Assembly (NCBI GenBank): GCA_003222395.1
Contig: QHWB01000030.1
Location: 304,593 to 368,592, forward strand
DNA from: Acidobacteriota bacterium
Lineage (GTDB): Bacteria > Acidobacteriota > Vicinamibacteria > Vicinamibacterales > CAVVIG01
Length of the DNA: 64,000 bases
Direction of reading: 5' to 3'
Shown here one piece after another: positions 37,754 through 47,414 of the stretch (positions are counted from its first letter, which is position 1; every line of letters starts with the position of its first letter). A model generated the notes under the pieces. The model made no database searches and was not told the origin of the DNA. It was given only the letters and a program-made list of their open reading frames with translations. The translations under genes and the position numbers were made by a program.

Positions 37754-39376
37754 ATGCTCGACACACTGACACGTCACTGGACGCGCCGCGAGTTGTTTCG
37801 GCGATCGGGGCTGCTCGCGCTGCCGGCGATCTTTCGCGGCGGCACCGGAGCGGCAGCGTCGCCCGCCGCTCGGTCGGCCGCTGCACCGGCCGCCGCCGAC
37901 GGACTTCGCGTCGGCGAAGACATCTATCAATCCATCGGCGTGCGGCCGCTCATCAACGCGCGCGGCACGTTCACCATCATCAGCGGCTCGCTCATGCTGC
38001 CGGAAGTGCGCGCCGCGATCGATGCGGCGGCGCAGCATCACGTGCACCTGGATGAGCTGATGGCGGCCATCGGCGCCCGCCTCGCCGAATTGACGAAAGC
38101 GGAATCGGGCATGGTGTCGTCGGGCTGCGCGGCGGCGCTGACGCATGCGACGGCGGCCTGCGTGGCGGGCGGCAACCCCGATCTTCACGTACGCATTCCC
38201 AATCTGACCGGGTTTCCGAAAGACGAAGTGATCATCCCGAAGCACTCGCGCAACGTGTACGACGCCGCGGTCCGTGCCGTCGGCGTGCGCGTCGTCGAAG
38301 TCGGCGCCGGCGAGGAGCTCGACGCGGCATTCGGTCCGCGCACGGCGATGGTCTACATCCTCGCGGGTCCCGAAGCCGACAAGGGGCCGCTCAGCACGCG
38401 GGCGATCGCCGAGCTGGCCAATCGGAAGCGGGTGCCGGTGCTCGTCGACGCGGCGGCGGAGATCCTGACGGTGCCGAACGTCCACCTGGAAAACGGCGCC
38501 ACGCTCGTCGCCTACAGCGGAGGCAAGTGCATCCGCGGCCCGCAGAGCGCGGGTCTCCTCCTCGGACGCAAGGATCTCGTCCGCGCCGCGTGGGTTCACA
38601 GCGCGCCGCATCATGGTTTCTCGCGATCCATGAAGGTCGGCAAGGAAGAAGCCGTCGGAATGCTGATGGCCGTCGAGATGTGGGTGAAGAGGGACCACAA
38701 AGCCGAGTGGAACCGATGGATGTCGTGGCTCGACTCCATCGCGGCACAGGTCTCCAGGGTCGAAGGCGTCAGCACGGCGATTACGCAGACGACCGAGCTG
38801 TCCAACCGCACGCCGTCGCTCACGATTCGATGGGATCGCAGGCGCCTCGGCATCGGCGGCGCCGATCTCGCGCGGCATCTTCTCGACACCGAGCCGCGCA
38901 TCGCCACGCCGGGCGGACGCGACCGCGGCGACGAAGCGAGCATCTCGATTACTCCGTACCAGATGGCCAGCGGTGAAGAGAAAATCGTCGCCGAGAAGAT
39001 CTACGCGGCACTGTCGCACGCGCCTCGACAGACAGCGCCGGCACGCGCCGCCGCTCCGGCGTCCGACGTCAGCGGTCAGTGGGACGTGCAGATCGAGTAC
39101 CTCGCGAGCGCGTCGACGCATACGCTGCATCTGACGCAGAGCGGCAATCGGCTCGAAGGCTCGCACCAGGGCGACTTCGTCTCGCGCGATCTCTCGGGAA
39201 CGATCGAGGGCAACTCCGTGCAGATCGCCAGTTCGTACACCGAGCGCCATGGCGACGCGTTGAGCTTCCGGTTCACCGGTACCGTGAATGGCGACGCGAT
39301 GTCGGGCACGCTCGATATGGGCGAATATCTCACCGCGAAGTGGACCGCCAAAAAGCACGACTACCGGCGAGGCTGA
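37754..39376 (+). CDS. Tat-exported SelA/DgaE-like PLP-dependent enzyme with an extra ~120-aa C-terminal beta-rich domain
   Basis: Internal ATG 37754 (GGGAGA upstream) of listed ORF 37523..39376. Leader MLDTLTRHWTRRELFRRSGLLALPAIF. PLP-lysine region YSGGKCIRGPQSAGLLLGRKDLV. It is a paralogue of 26296..27498, and the C-terminal extension SGQWDVQIEYL...GTLDMGEYLTAKWTAKK is absent from that paralogue. Confidence 0.8.
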   Translation: MLDTLTRHWTRRELFRRSGLLALPAIFRGGTGAAASPAARSAAAPAAADGLRVGEDIYQSIGVRPLINARGTFTIISGSLMLPEVRAAIDAAAQHHVHLDELMAAIGARLAELTKAESGMVSSGCAAALTHATAACVAGGNPDLHVRIPNLTGFPKDEVIIPKHSRNVYDAAVRAVGVRVVEVGAGEELDAAFGPRTAMVYILAGPEADKGPLSTRAIAELANRKRVPVLVDAAAEILTVPNVHLENGATLVAYSGGKCIRGPQSAGLLLGRKDLVRAAWVHSAPHHGFSRSMKVGKEEAVGMLMAVEMWVKRDHKAEWNRWMSWLDSIAAQVSRVEGVSTAITQTTELSNRTPSLTIRWDRRRLGIGGADLARHLLDTEPRIATPGGRDRGDEASISITPYQMASGEEKIVAEKIYAALSHAPRQTAPARAAAPASDVSGQWDVQIEYLASASTHTLHLTQSGNRLEGSHQGDFVSRDLSGTIEGNSVQIASSYTERHGDALSFRFTGTVNGDAMSGTLDMGEYLTAKWTAKKHDYRRG

Positions 39377-39380
39377 CGTC

Positions 39381-40700
39381 ATGTGGTTGAGACTCTTTCC
39401 AGCGGCCGCGATTTGTCTCGTCATGTCTGCGACGGCGCAGGTGTCGGCGCAGCAGAAGTACGACCTCCTGCTGAAGGGCGGTCACGTCGTCGATGCCAGG
39501 AACAACATCAGCGCGGTGCGTGACGTCGCGATTGCGGATGGGAAAGTGGCGGCCGTCGCCGCGAACATCAACGCCGGCGACGCCTTGAAAGTGATCGATG
39601 CGTCCGGACTCTACGTCACGCCGGGACTCGTCGACATTCACGTTCACGCGTATGCCGGAACGGGCGAACGCGGATCGTACGCCGGCGACAACAGCCTGTA
39701 TCCGGACGGCTTCACGCTGCGATCGGGCGTCACCACCGTTGCCGACGCAGGATCGTCGGGCTGGAGGAGCTTCGACGATTTCAAGGATCGCATCATCGAT
39801 CGATCGAAAACCCGAGTCCTGGCGTTCCTCAACATCGTCGGCGCCGGCATGCGCGGCGACAAGTTCGAGCAGAACCTGTCCGACATGGAAGCCAAGCCGA
39901 CGGCGGACATGGCGATGCGACACAAAGGCCTGATCATAGGGATCAAGACCGCGCACTACGCCGGTCCCGAGTGGGCGCCGGTCGAGCGCGCGGTCGAAGC
40001 GGGCACGCAGGCGAACATTCCGGTGATGGTCGACTTTGGCGCCAACCGCCCCGAGCGTCCGATGGCCGAGCTCGTCACGAAAAAGCTGCGGCCCGGCGAC
40101 ATCTACACGCACATGTATTCCGGGCTTCGCAACGAGCTCGACGACTCCGGGCATGTGAACCCGGGCATGCCTGAAGGAAGAAAACGTGGAGTGATCTTCG
40201 ACGTCGGGCACGGAGGCGGCAGCTTTGCCTGGCGGATCGCGGTGCCCGCCATCAAGGAGGGATTCCGTCCCGATTCGATTTCCACCGATCTGCACATCGG
40301 CAGCATGAACGCGGGCATGAAAGACATGCTCAACGTGATGGACAAGTTCCTCGCGATGGGGATGTCGCTCGACGATGTGATTCGCTGGTCGACGTGGAAT
40401 CCGGCGCGCGAGATCAAGCACGAGGAGTTGGGCCACCTTTCGGTTGGCGCTTCGGCGGACGTCGCCGTCCTTCGGCTCGAGAGCGGCAACTTCGGATTCG
40501 TTGACATGTATGGTGCGCGGTTGAAGGGCACGCGGAAGCTGACGTGCGAGCTGACGCTCCGGGACGGAAAGGTCGTCTACGATCTGAACGGGACGACGCG
40601 GCCCGACTGGACCACGCTGCCGAAGGATTACCGGCAGACGGGCGACGCTCGATGGGATGCCATTACGCCGGCGCCGGTCAGACAGCCGCGGCGCCCGTAG
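39381..40700 (+). CDS. Exported amidohydrolase/deacetylase-family metallohydrolase (dihydroorotase-like fold)
   Basis: Internal ATG 39381 of listed ORF 39288..40700, giving MWLRLFPAAAICLVMSATAQVSAQ (signal). DLLLKGGHVVDA...GLVDIHVHAY carries the HxH motif. 439 aa. Confidence 0.85.
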   Translation: MWLRLFPAAAICLVMSATAQVSAQQKYDLLLKGGHVVDARNNISAVRDVAIADGKVAAVAANINAGDALKVIDASGLYVTPGLVDIHVHAYAGTGERGSYAGDNSLYPDGFTLRSGVTTVADAGSSGWRSFDDFKDRIIDRSKTRVLAFLNIVGAGMRGDKFEQNLSDMEAKPTADMAMRHKGLIIGIKTAHYAGPEWAPVERAVEAGTQANIPVMVDFGANRPERPMAELVTKKLRPGDIYTHMYSGLRNELDDSGHVNPGMPEGRKRGVIFDVGHGGGSFAWRIAVPAIKEGFRPDSISTDLHIGSMNAGMKDMLNVMDKFLAMGMSLDDVIRWSTWNPAREIKHEELGHLSVGASADVAVLRLESGNFGFVDMYGARLKGTRKLTCELTLRDGKVVYDLNGTTRPDWTTLPKDYRQTGDARWDAITPAPVRQPRRP

Positions 40701-40789
40701 CGCGACGCTTCCACCCGTAGCGCGAGGCTTTCAGCCGAGCGAGAGACGCAGCCGAGCGACAGCGCTCGCCTGAAAGGCTCGCGCTACGG
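40695..40789. repeat. REP-like element: half-copy plus 27-nt inverted repeat (25/27 paired, 21-nt loop) between convergent genes; likely bidirectional terminator
   Basis: CCGTAGCGCGACGCTTCCAC (40695-40714), then CCGTAGCGCGAGGCTTTCAGCCGAGCG (40715-40741) paired with CGCTCGCCTGAAAGGCTCGCGCTACGG (40763-40789). Both flanking genes use the TAG within the GTAG heads as their stop codon. Confidence 0.85.
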
Positions 40790-43750
40790 CGATGTCGCCA
40801 ATTGAATAACATCGGCTAGATGAAGCGCGCGCCGACCCGTCGACTGCGCGATCTGCTCGCGACAACTGAAGCCGTCCGAAACGATCAGCGTCTCCGGCGG
40901 CGCTCGCCTCACCGCGGGGAACAGGACGCGCTCGCCGATCGCCTGCGACACGGCGAACGTCTCGGCACCGAAGCCGAACGGTCCGGCCATTCCACAGCAG
41001 CCCGCATCGATCGACTCGAGCGCCACGCCCATCTTCCGGAGCAGCGACTCTTCATCGGTCATCTTCATGAGCGCTTTGTGGTGACAGTGGCCGTGGAGGA
41101 GAACGGTGCCGGCAAGCCGGGGCGGCGCATACCCAGGCGCGTGATGCTCGAGAAATTCGCTGAGCAGGAACGTCTGGCGCCGTAGCCGATCGGCGCGCGG
41201 ATCGTCGGGGAAGAGATTCCGCAGCTCATCGCGAAACACTGAGGCGCAACTCGGCTCGAGAACGACGATGGAACGGCCGGCGTCGAGGTCCGGACCAAGA
41301 GCAAGGAGGATCCGCTCGAGATAGTCCCTGGCGTGGTCCAGAAATCCGAAGTCGTAGAGCGGACGTCCGCAGCACAAATGGACGCGCGGGATGGCGACGC
41401 GGAAGCCGGCGCGCGTCAGCACGTCGAGCGCCGCGCGGCTGGTTTGCGGATAGAAATAGTTGTTGAACGTGTCCACCCAGAGAATGATTTCGGCATCGCC
41501 GTTGGCGGCTGCGCTCCGCTCGCGAGTGTCCCCGACCGTCGGCGTACCGCGTCGAAGCGCCCACTGGCGGAAGCTGGACCGCGCGAGGCGCGGCACTTCG
41601 CGTTCGCGCGCGAGGCTCAACGCTCTCCGTAGAACATGTTTCACACCGGTTGCATGGCTGACCGCGTTGGCGACCCTCGGAGCCATCGCACCGAGCCGCG
41701 CCCACCGATCGATCATGCCGAACGCGTAGGCGCGCAGCGGCCGTCTCGCCTGCTCGTAGTAGTGCGACAGGAACTCGGCGCGATACGTCGCGATGTCCAC
41801 GTTGGTCGGACACTCGGACTTGCAGGCCTTGCACGAGAGACACAGATCGAGCGACTGCTTCACGTGATCGTTGCTCCAGGCGCTGCCGATCACCTCGCCC
41901 TGAAGCATCTCGAAGAGCATGTGCGCGCGGCCGCGCGTGCTGTGCTCTTCTTCGAGCGTGGCCATGTAGCTCGGACACATCGTGCCCGAATCCTGCTTGC
42001 GGCACTCGCCCACGCCGATGCATCGAAGCGACGCCTTCGCGAACGACCCGCCATCGTCGACGAACTTGAAATGCGTCCTCGGCTCGAGCGGTCTGTAGTC
42101 CGCGCCCAATCGAAGGTTCTCGGTCGGGAGGTATGCGTCGACGACCTTGTGCGGGTTCATCCTGTTGTTCGGATCCCAGACGGCCTTGAATTCACGGAAC
42201 GCGGTCATCAGCTCCGGACCGAACATCTTCGGCAGCAGCGCGCCGCGTGATTGACCGTCGCCGTGCTCTCCCGACAGCGATCCGCCGTAGCTCACGACCA
42301 GATCCGCGGCGCGGTCGACGAACTCCCCGTAGTTTCGGATGCCCTGTTCCGATTGCAGATCGAAGCTGACCTGCATGTGGATGCACCCGTGCCCGAAGTG
42401 TCCGTAGTAGGCCGCCTGATATTCGTACTGGTTCAGCAGCCGTCGAAGATCGCGGAGATACGACCCGAGCTTCTCGGGAGCGACCGAGGCATCGTCCCAT
42501 CCTTCCCATCGACGCGGCATGCCGGGACCGCTTCCGGCGGCGCGCGGTCCCGCCTCGCGGATCTTCCATACGGCGCGCGCCTCGTGGCTCGTGTAGAGCC
42601 GCATGGCCGGAGGATTGACGGCCCGCGCGAGTCGCTCCATCAGTCGATGCGCGCGCTCGTCGACCTCGGCCGGATCGTCTCCGCCGAATTCAACGAGCAG
42701 GAAGCCGCGCCCTTCAGGCATCAACTCCAGGTTGGGAGCGCCCTTCCTCCGCAGGCCGTCGATGATGGCGCCTTCGAATCCTTCGAGGCCGATCGGATCG
42801 AACGCGAGAATCTCCGGAACGTGATCGGCGGCCGCGAAGGCGTCGGCGTAGCCGAGGCCGACGAGCGATCGATGCTGCGGGCTCGAGATCAGCTTCGCTC
42901 GGGCCTCGAGCACCACGACGCAGGTGCCTTCGGTGCCGACGAGCGCGCGCGCCACGTTGAATCCGTTTTCGGGAAGGAGTTGATCGAGGTTGTAACCAGA
43001 CACACGTCGCGGGATATCGGGAAACCGCGCGCGAATCAGCGGCGCGTAGCGATCGCGGATCGCGCGCAGGCTCGCATAGATCTGTCCGCGGCGTCCGCCC
43101 TCGCCGACAATCGCGTCCAGTTCGGCGTCGGTCGTGGCGCCGACCCGCAGCTCCGTGCCGTCATACAGCAGGACCCGCAGCTCGTCGATGTTGTCGACGG
43201 TCTTTCCCGCCAGCAGGGAATGCGTCCCGCAGGAGTTGTTGCCGATCATGCCGCCGAGCGTGCAGCGGCTGTGCGTCGAGGGATCCGGTCCAAACGTGAG
43301 ATGGTGCGCCTCCGCACGGTTTCGCAGCGTGTCGAGCACGACACCGGGCTGAATGCGGGCGAATCTCTGATCTGCGTTCAGCTCCAGGATCGCGTTCATG
43401 CGCTTGGTGAAGTCGAGCACGACGGCGACGTTGCAGCATTGGCCTGCCAGGCTCGTCCCCGCTCCTCTCGGCAGCAGCGGCGCGCCGAACTTCCGGCACG
43501 CGGCCACCGCGGCGATGACATCGTCCGCATCGCTTGGAATGACGAGCCCGATCGGGATCTGCCGGTAATTCGATCCGTCGGTCGCGTACAATGCGCGGCT
43601 TCCGCGATCGAAGCGAACTTCGCCGCGAACCGTCGTGGTGAGCTCGCGCTGCAGCTCTGACGCGCGCGCGAACGAGTCGACGGGTATCGCGTGCGAGCTT
43701 GGCGGCAACTCCGCTGATGTCCCGGTCGTTCGCGGCGCTCGATACGTCAT
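40784..43750 (-). CDS. FAD-binding and (Fe-S)-binding oxidoreductase, YdiJ-like (GlcD-type FAD domain fused to a GlcF-type 4Fe-4S/CCG domain)
   Basis: FAD_binding_4 region PRGAGTSLAGQ, ferredoxin motif CLSCKACKSECP and CCG motif IDAGCCGMAG. About 990 aa, the same architecture as E. coli YdiJ. I prefer start ATG 43750 to 43807 because the first 19 codons are antisense to the neighbouring signal peptide. The start remains uncertain. Confidence 0.85.
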   Translation of the reverse strand: MTYRAPRTTGTSAELPPSSHAIPVDSFARASELQRELTTTVRGEVRFDRGSRALYATDGSNYRQIPIGLVIPSDADDVIAAVAACRKFGAPLLPRGAGTSLAGQCCNVAVVLDFTKRMNAILELNADQRFARIQPGVVLDTLRNRAEAHHLTFGPDPSTHSRCTLGGMIGNNSCGTHSLLAGKTVDNIDELRVLLYDGTELRVGATTDAELDAIVGEGGRRGQIYASLRAIRDRYAPLIRARFPDIPRRVSGYNLDQLLPENGFNVARALVGTEGTCVVVLEARAKLISSPQHRSLVGLGYADAFAAADHVPEILAFDPIGLEGFEGAIIDGLRRKGAPNLELMPEGRGFLLVEFGGDDPAEVDERAHRLMERLARAVNPPAMRLYTSHEARAVWKIREAGPRAAGSGPGMPRRWEGWDDASVAPEKLGSYLRDLRRLLNQYEYQAAYYGHFGHGCIHMQVSFDLQSEQGIRNYGEFVDRAADLVVSYGGSLSGEHGDGQSRGALLPKMFGPELMTAFREFKAVWDPNNRMNPHKVVDAYLPTENLRLGADYRPLEPRTHFKFVDDGGSFAKASLRCIGVGECRKQDSGTMCPSYMATLEEEHSTRGRAHMLFEMLQGEVIGSAWSNDHVKQSLDLCLSCKACKSECPTNVDIATYRAEFLSHYYEQARRPLRAYAFGMIDRWARLGAMAPRVANAVSHATGVKHVLRRALSLAREREVPRLARSSFRQWALRRGTPTVGDTRERSAAANGDAEIILWVDTFNNYFYPQTSRAALDVLTRAGFRVAIPRVHLCCGRPLYDFGFLDHARDYLERILLALGPDLDAGRSIVVLEPSCASVFRDELRNLFPDDPRADRLRRQTFLLSEFLEHHAPGYAPPRLAGTVLLHGHCHHKALMKMTDEESLLRKMGVALESIDAGCCGMAGPFGFGAETFAVSQAIGERVLFPAVRRAPPETLIVSDGFSCREQIAQSTGRRALHLADVIQLATSP

Positions 43751-43778
43751 GGGCGCCGACAGTATAAACTTCGACGCG

Positions 43779-45389
43779 ATGCGGCTCTCGACGCTGATCG
43801 TCATCATGGCGTTCGCCGTCGCCGACGCGCCTGCCCAGGAGGCGAAGGCGAATCACCCGTTACGCTTCACCGACGTCGCGCGGCCCAGACCCGGCGAGTG
43901 GCCGACCTACCATGGAAACCTGAGCGGGAATCGATTCAGCCCGCTCGATCAGATCAACGCGAAGACGATCCAGAGCCTCGCGCCGAAATGGATGTTCACG
44001 ATTCAGGGAGCTCCGCGTGCGCTGCAGACGACGCCGGTCGTCGTCGACGGCGTCATGTACGTCACGTCGGTCAACGAAGCGTTCGCGCTCGATGCCGGCA
44101 GCGGCCGTCGGATCTGGCATTACAGCCGCCCGCGCACGCCGGGGCTGGCCGGTGACGCGGCCAGCGGGATCAATCGAGGCGTTGCGGCCCTCGGCGACCG
44201 CGTGTTCATGGTCACGGACAACGCACACGTGATCGCGCTGCACCGCGACACCGGCGAGCTGCTGTGGGACGTCGAGATGGCCGACTCTCGGCAGAACTAT
44301 GGCGCCACCGGCGCGCCGCTGGTCGTCAACGATCTCGTGATCGCCGGCGTATCCGGTGGAGACGAAGGCGTCCGCGGATTTCTCGACGCTTACCGTGCGT
44401 CGACCGGCGAACGCGTCTGGCGATTCTGGACGGTGCCTGCGCCGGGTGAGCATGGCGCGGAGACGTGGATTGGCCGCGCGATCGAGCACGGATGCGCCGC
44501 GACGTGGCTGACGGGTACGTACGATCCGGAGTCGAGGCTGCTCTACTGGCCCACGGGCAATCCGTGTCCCGACTACAACGGAGATGAGCGCAAGGGCGAC
44601 AACCTGTACAGCTCCTCGGTGCTCGCGCTCGATGCGGATACAGGGCGGCTGCAATGGCACTATCAGTTCACGCCTCATGATCTCCACGACTGGGACGCGA
44701 ACCAGACGCCAATGCTCGTCGACCGACGATTTCATGGCGAGCCGGGCAGACTGCTGGTCCAGGGAAATCGAAATGGGTTCTTCTACGTGCTCGACCGACA
44801 GACTGGAAAAGTGCTGCTCGCCGAACCGTTCGTCACCAACGTGACCTGGGCGAGCCGAATCGGCGGCGACGGCCGGCCGGTGCTGATGACCGACATTGAG
44901 CCGACGCGTGAAGGGCAGCGCGCCTGTCCCGCAGTCGCGGGCGCGACGAACTGGCCGTCGACGGCCTTCAGCCCGGTGACTGGCTTCTTTTATTTGTTCG
45001 CGGAAGAATCGTGCGCGATCTACACGAAGAACGATCAGCAGTGGGAAGCCGGCAAGTCGTTCTACGGCGGTGTCCCGCGTCGGGTGCCGGGCACGAGCGC
45101 AAGCGGGAGAGCGCTCAAAGCGCTCGACATCCAGACGGGAAAAACGGCGTGGGAGATTCAGGTAGGAGGCGGCATTCTCGGCAGCGGCCTCATGGCCACT
45201 GCCGGCGGGCTGGTTTTCTACGGAGCAGACGAGGGCTTCGTCGCAGCCGATGCCAGCAACGGAAAACGGCTCTGGCAATTCAACACCAACCAGAGTTGGA
45301 GAGCCGGTCCGATGACGTATGCCGTCGACGGCAATCAGTACGTCGCCGTCGCAGGCGGCTCGAACATCTTTGCATTCAGCTTGCGATGA
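43779..45389 (+). CDS. PQQ-dependent dehydrogenase (8-bladed quinoprotein, alcohol dehydrogenase-like), variant lacking the vicinal Cys pair
   Basis: Internal ATG 43779, giving MRLSTLIVIMAFAVADAPAQ (signal). Motifs TTPVVVDGVMYV, GGDEGVRGF, WPTGNPCP and TPHDLHDWDAN. It is a paralogue of 49899..51506. Confidence 0.8.
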   Translation: MRLSTLIVIMAFAVADAPAQEAKANHPLRFTDVARPRPGEWPTYHGNLSGNRFSPLDQINAKTIQSLAPKWMFTIQGAPRALQTTPVVVDGVMYVTSVNEAFALDAGSGRRIWHYSRPRTPGLAGDAASGINRGVAALGDRVFMVTDNAHVIALHRDTGELLWDVEMADSRQNYGATGAPLVVNDLVIAGVSGGDEGVRGFLDAYRASTGERVWRFWTVPAPGEHGAETWIGRAIEHGCAATWLTGTYDPESRLLYWPTGNPCPDYNGDERKGDNLYSSSVLALDADTGRLQWHYQFTPHDLHDWDANQTPMLVDRRFHGEPGRLLVQGNRNGFFYVLDRQTGKVLLAEPFVTNVTWASRIGGDGRPVLMTDIEPTREGQRACPAVAGATNWPSTAFSPVTGFFYLFAEESCAIYTKNDQQWEAGKSFYGGVPRRVPGTSASGRALKALDIQTGKTAWEIQVGGGILGSGLMATAGGLVFYGADEGFVAADASNGKRLWQFNTNQSWRAGPMTYAVDGNQYVAVAGGSNIFAFSLR

Positions 45390-45454
45390 ATCGAAATCCG
45401 GCATCCCGGCTGACGGTCTCGGACGAGGTGAGCAAACGGCGTAGAATCTCGCCC

Positions 45455-47284
45455 ATGCCCACACCTCTGCGCCACGTTATCGCCGCTGCCATCGTCACTG
45501 GTCTCGTCGCGATGCTCGCGACGCCGACCGCTCAGTCGCCAACCGCGTTCGGCGTGCCCTCGACGGATCAGCCGCAGCCGGGCGTCGCGATCAAGGCCGT
45601 GCCCGGATCGCGGGCGCAAGGCTGGCTGTCGCAGGGGCGCTCCGAGGTTCTGGCGCGACACGGCATGGTCGCCACGAGCGATCCGCTCGCGGCGCAGGCC
45701 GGCCTCGAAATCCTGCGGCAGGGCGGAAACGCGATTGACGCCGCGGTCGCGACGGGCGCGGTGCTCGACGTGACGTCGCAGAACGACACCGGTATCGGCG
45801 GCGATCTCTTCGCGCTGGTCTACGTCGCGAAGGACAAGAAACTCTACGCGCTGAATTCCGCCGGGTGGGCGCCGACGGGCTGGACGCCCGAGCTCTTCAC
45901 GAAGACGCTCGGCGTCACGAGCGTGCCGAACAGCGGCGTGAATGCGGCAACCGTGCCCGGCGCGATCTCGGGCTACGACGCGCTGCTGAAGCGGTTCGGG
46001 ACAGTCAGCTTCAAGGAAGCGTTCGAGCGCGCGGCGCGCATCGCCGAGGAAGGCTGGGGGCTCGCCGAGCGGCGGCATTCGGATCTGCGCGGCGCGACGA
46101 ACGGACTGCGCAACGATCCCGACTCGAGAGAGACCTTCCTCGTCGGCGACCAGACACCCGCGCTCTACAGCATCATCCGAAATCCCGGTCTGGCAAAGGC
46201 GCTGCGTCTCATCCAGACGCAGGGCCGCGATGCGTTCTATCGTGGCGCGATCGCCGACGCGATCGTCGCCAAGATGCAGGCGAACGGCGGTGTGATGACG
46301 AAGGCCGATCTCGGGGAATTTCAGTCGGAGTGGACCGAGCCGATTTCGACCAACTATCACGGCTACGACGTCTTCGAGCTGCCGCCGCCCGGCCAGGGCT
46401 TCGCGGCGCTCGAGATGCTGAACATCCTCGAAGTCTGCGTGCCGAAATTCGGCACGAGCCTCGCGGCGCTCGGTCCCTCCGATCCGCAGTACTGGCACTA
46501 CCTGGTCGAAGCGAAGAAGCTCGCGTACTCGGATTTGTTCGCGAAGAACGCCGACCCGATGTTCGCGCAAGTGCCGGTGAAGGAGCTGCTCTCGAAGCCG
46601 CACGCGGCGTCGCTCTGCGGAAAAATCGATCCGAACGTCGCATCGAAGCCCTCGGTCACCGGCGGCCGCGAGAGCGGAACGATCTACCTGACGACGGCCG
46701 ACCGCTGGGGCAACATGGTCTCGCTGATCCACAGCGTCTTCGGCGTCTACGGCAGCCGCGCGACCGTCGCACCGTACGGATTCGTGCTGCACAACCGCGG
46801 TTCCGCGTTCTCCCTCAACCCCAACAGCCCGAACATCGTCGCGCCCCACAAGCGGCCGTTCCACACGATCATCGCCGGCTTCGTCATGAAGGACGGGCAG
46901 CCGTTCATGACGTTCGGCAACATGGGCGGCAGCGTACAGCCCGAAACACACGCGCAGCACATGGTCAACCTGATCGATCTCGGGATGAACGTGCAGATGA
47001 CGACGGACGCCGCGCGCTTCACGCACAATCAGAACTCGAACGTGTTGTCGCTCGAGGCCAACCTGTACAACCTGGTCGGCGCGGCGCTCAAGGCAAAAGG
47101 CCACGACGTGCGGTCCGTGAATGGCGGCGCGGTCGGCGGCTACCAGGGCATCCTCTTCACGCGCGATCCGCGCATGCCGGAGCCGAACTTCGATCGCCGC
47201 GCGGCGACGGAGGACCTTCCGGTAAATGGCGTCTACCGCGGAGGCTCGGATCACCGCAAGGACGGTCAGGCCGTCGGCTGGTGA
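45455..47284 (+). CDS. ggt: Gamma-glutamyltransferase
   Basis: Internal ATG 45455 of listed ORF 45011..47284, giving MPTPLRHVIAAAIVTGLVAMLATPTAQS. Motifs GMVATSDPLAAQAGLEILRQGGNAIDAAVA, autoprocessing/nucleophile region ESGTIYLTTADRWGNMVSLIHS, and NMGGSVQPE. Confidence 0.9.
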   Translation: MPTPLRHVIAAAIVTGLVAMLATPTAQSPTAFGVPSTDQPQPGVAIKAVPGSRAQGWLSQGRSEVLARHGMVATSDPLAAQAGLEILRQGGNAIDAAVATGAVLDVTSQNDTGIGGDLFALVYVAKDKKLYALNSAGWAPTGWTPELFTKTLGVTSVPNSGVNAATVPGAISGYDALLKRFGTVSFKEAFERAARIAEEGWGLAERRHSDLRGATNGLRNDPDSRETFLVGDQTPALYSIIRNPGLAKALRLIQTQGRDAFYRGAIADAIVAKMQANGGVMTKADLGEFQSEWTEPISTNYHGYDVFELPPPGQGFAALEMLNILEVCVPKFGTSLAALGPSDPQYWHYLVEAKKLAYSDLFAKNADPMFAQVPVKELLSKPHAASLCGKIDPNVASKPSVTGGRESGTIYLTTADRWGNMVSLIHSVFGVYGSRATVAPYGFVLHNRGSAFSLNPNSPNIVAPHKRPFHTIIAGFVMKDGQPFMTFGNMGGSVQPETHAQHMVNLIDLGMNVQMTTDAARFTHNQNSNVLSLEANLYNLVGAALKAKGHDVRSVNGGAVGGYQGILFTRDPRMPEPNFDRRAATEDLPVNGVYRGGSDHRKDGQAVGW

Positions 47285-47414
47285 GTCAGCCCCACGTGCG
47301 CCTGCGGCCCCGCCGACGTCCGGCGAGCGCGCAGCGCGAAGCCGGGGAGGCGACACGGATCAAGCGCGTGGGGGTGGGGTGCAGCATCCCAGGCTCTAAG
47401 TAACCTGCCGCTGC

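Noticed and set aside
45442-45457. TAGAAT hexamer 7 nt upstream of the ggt ATG, suggesting a leaderless transcript.
   Set aside because: There is no acceptable -35 at 16-18 bp, and a single hexamer is easily a chance occurrence. It is kept only as a note.
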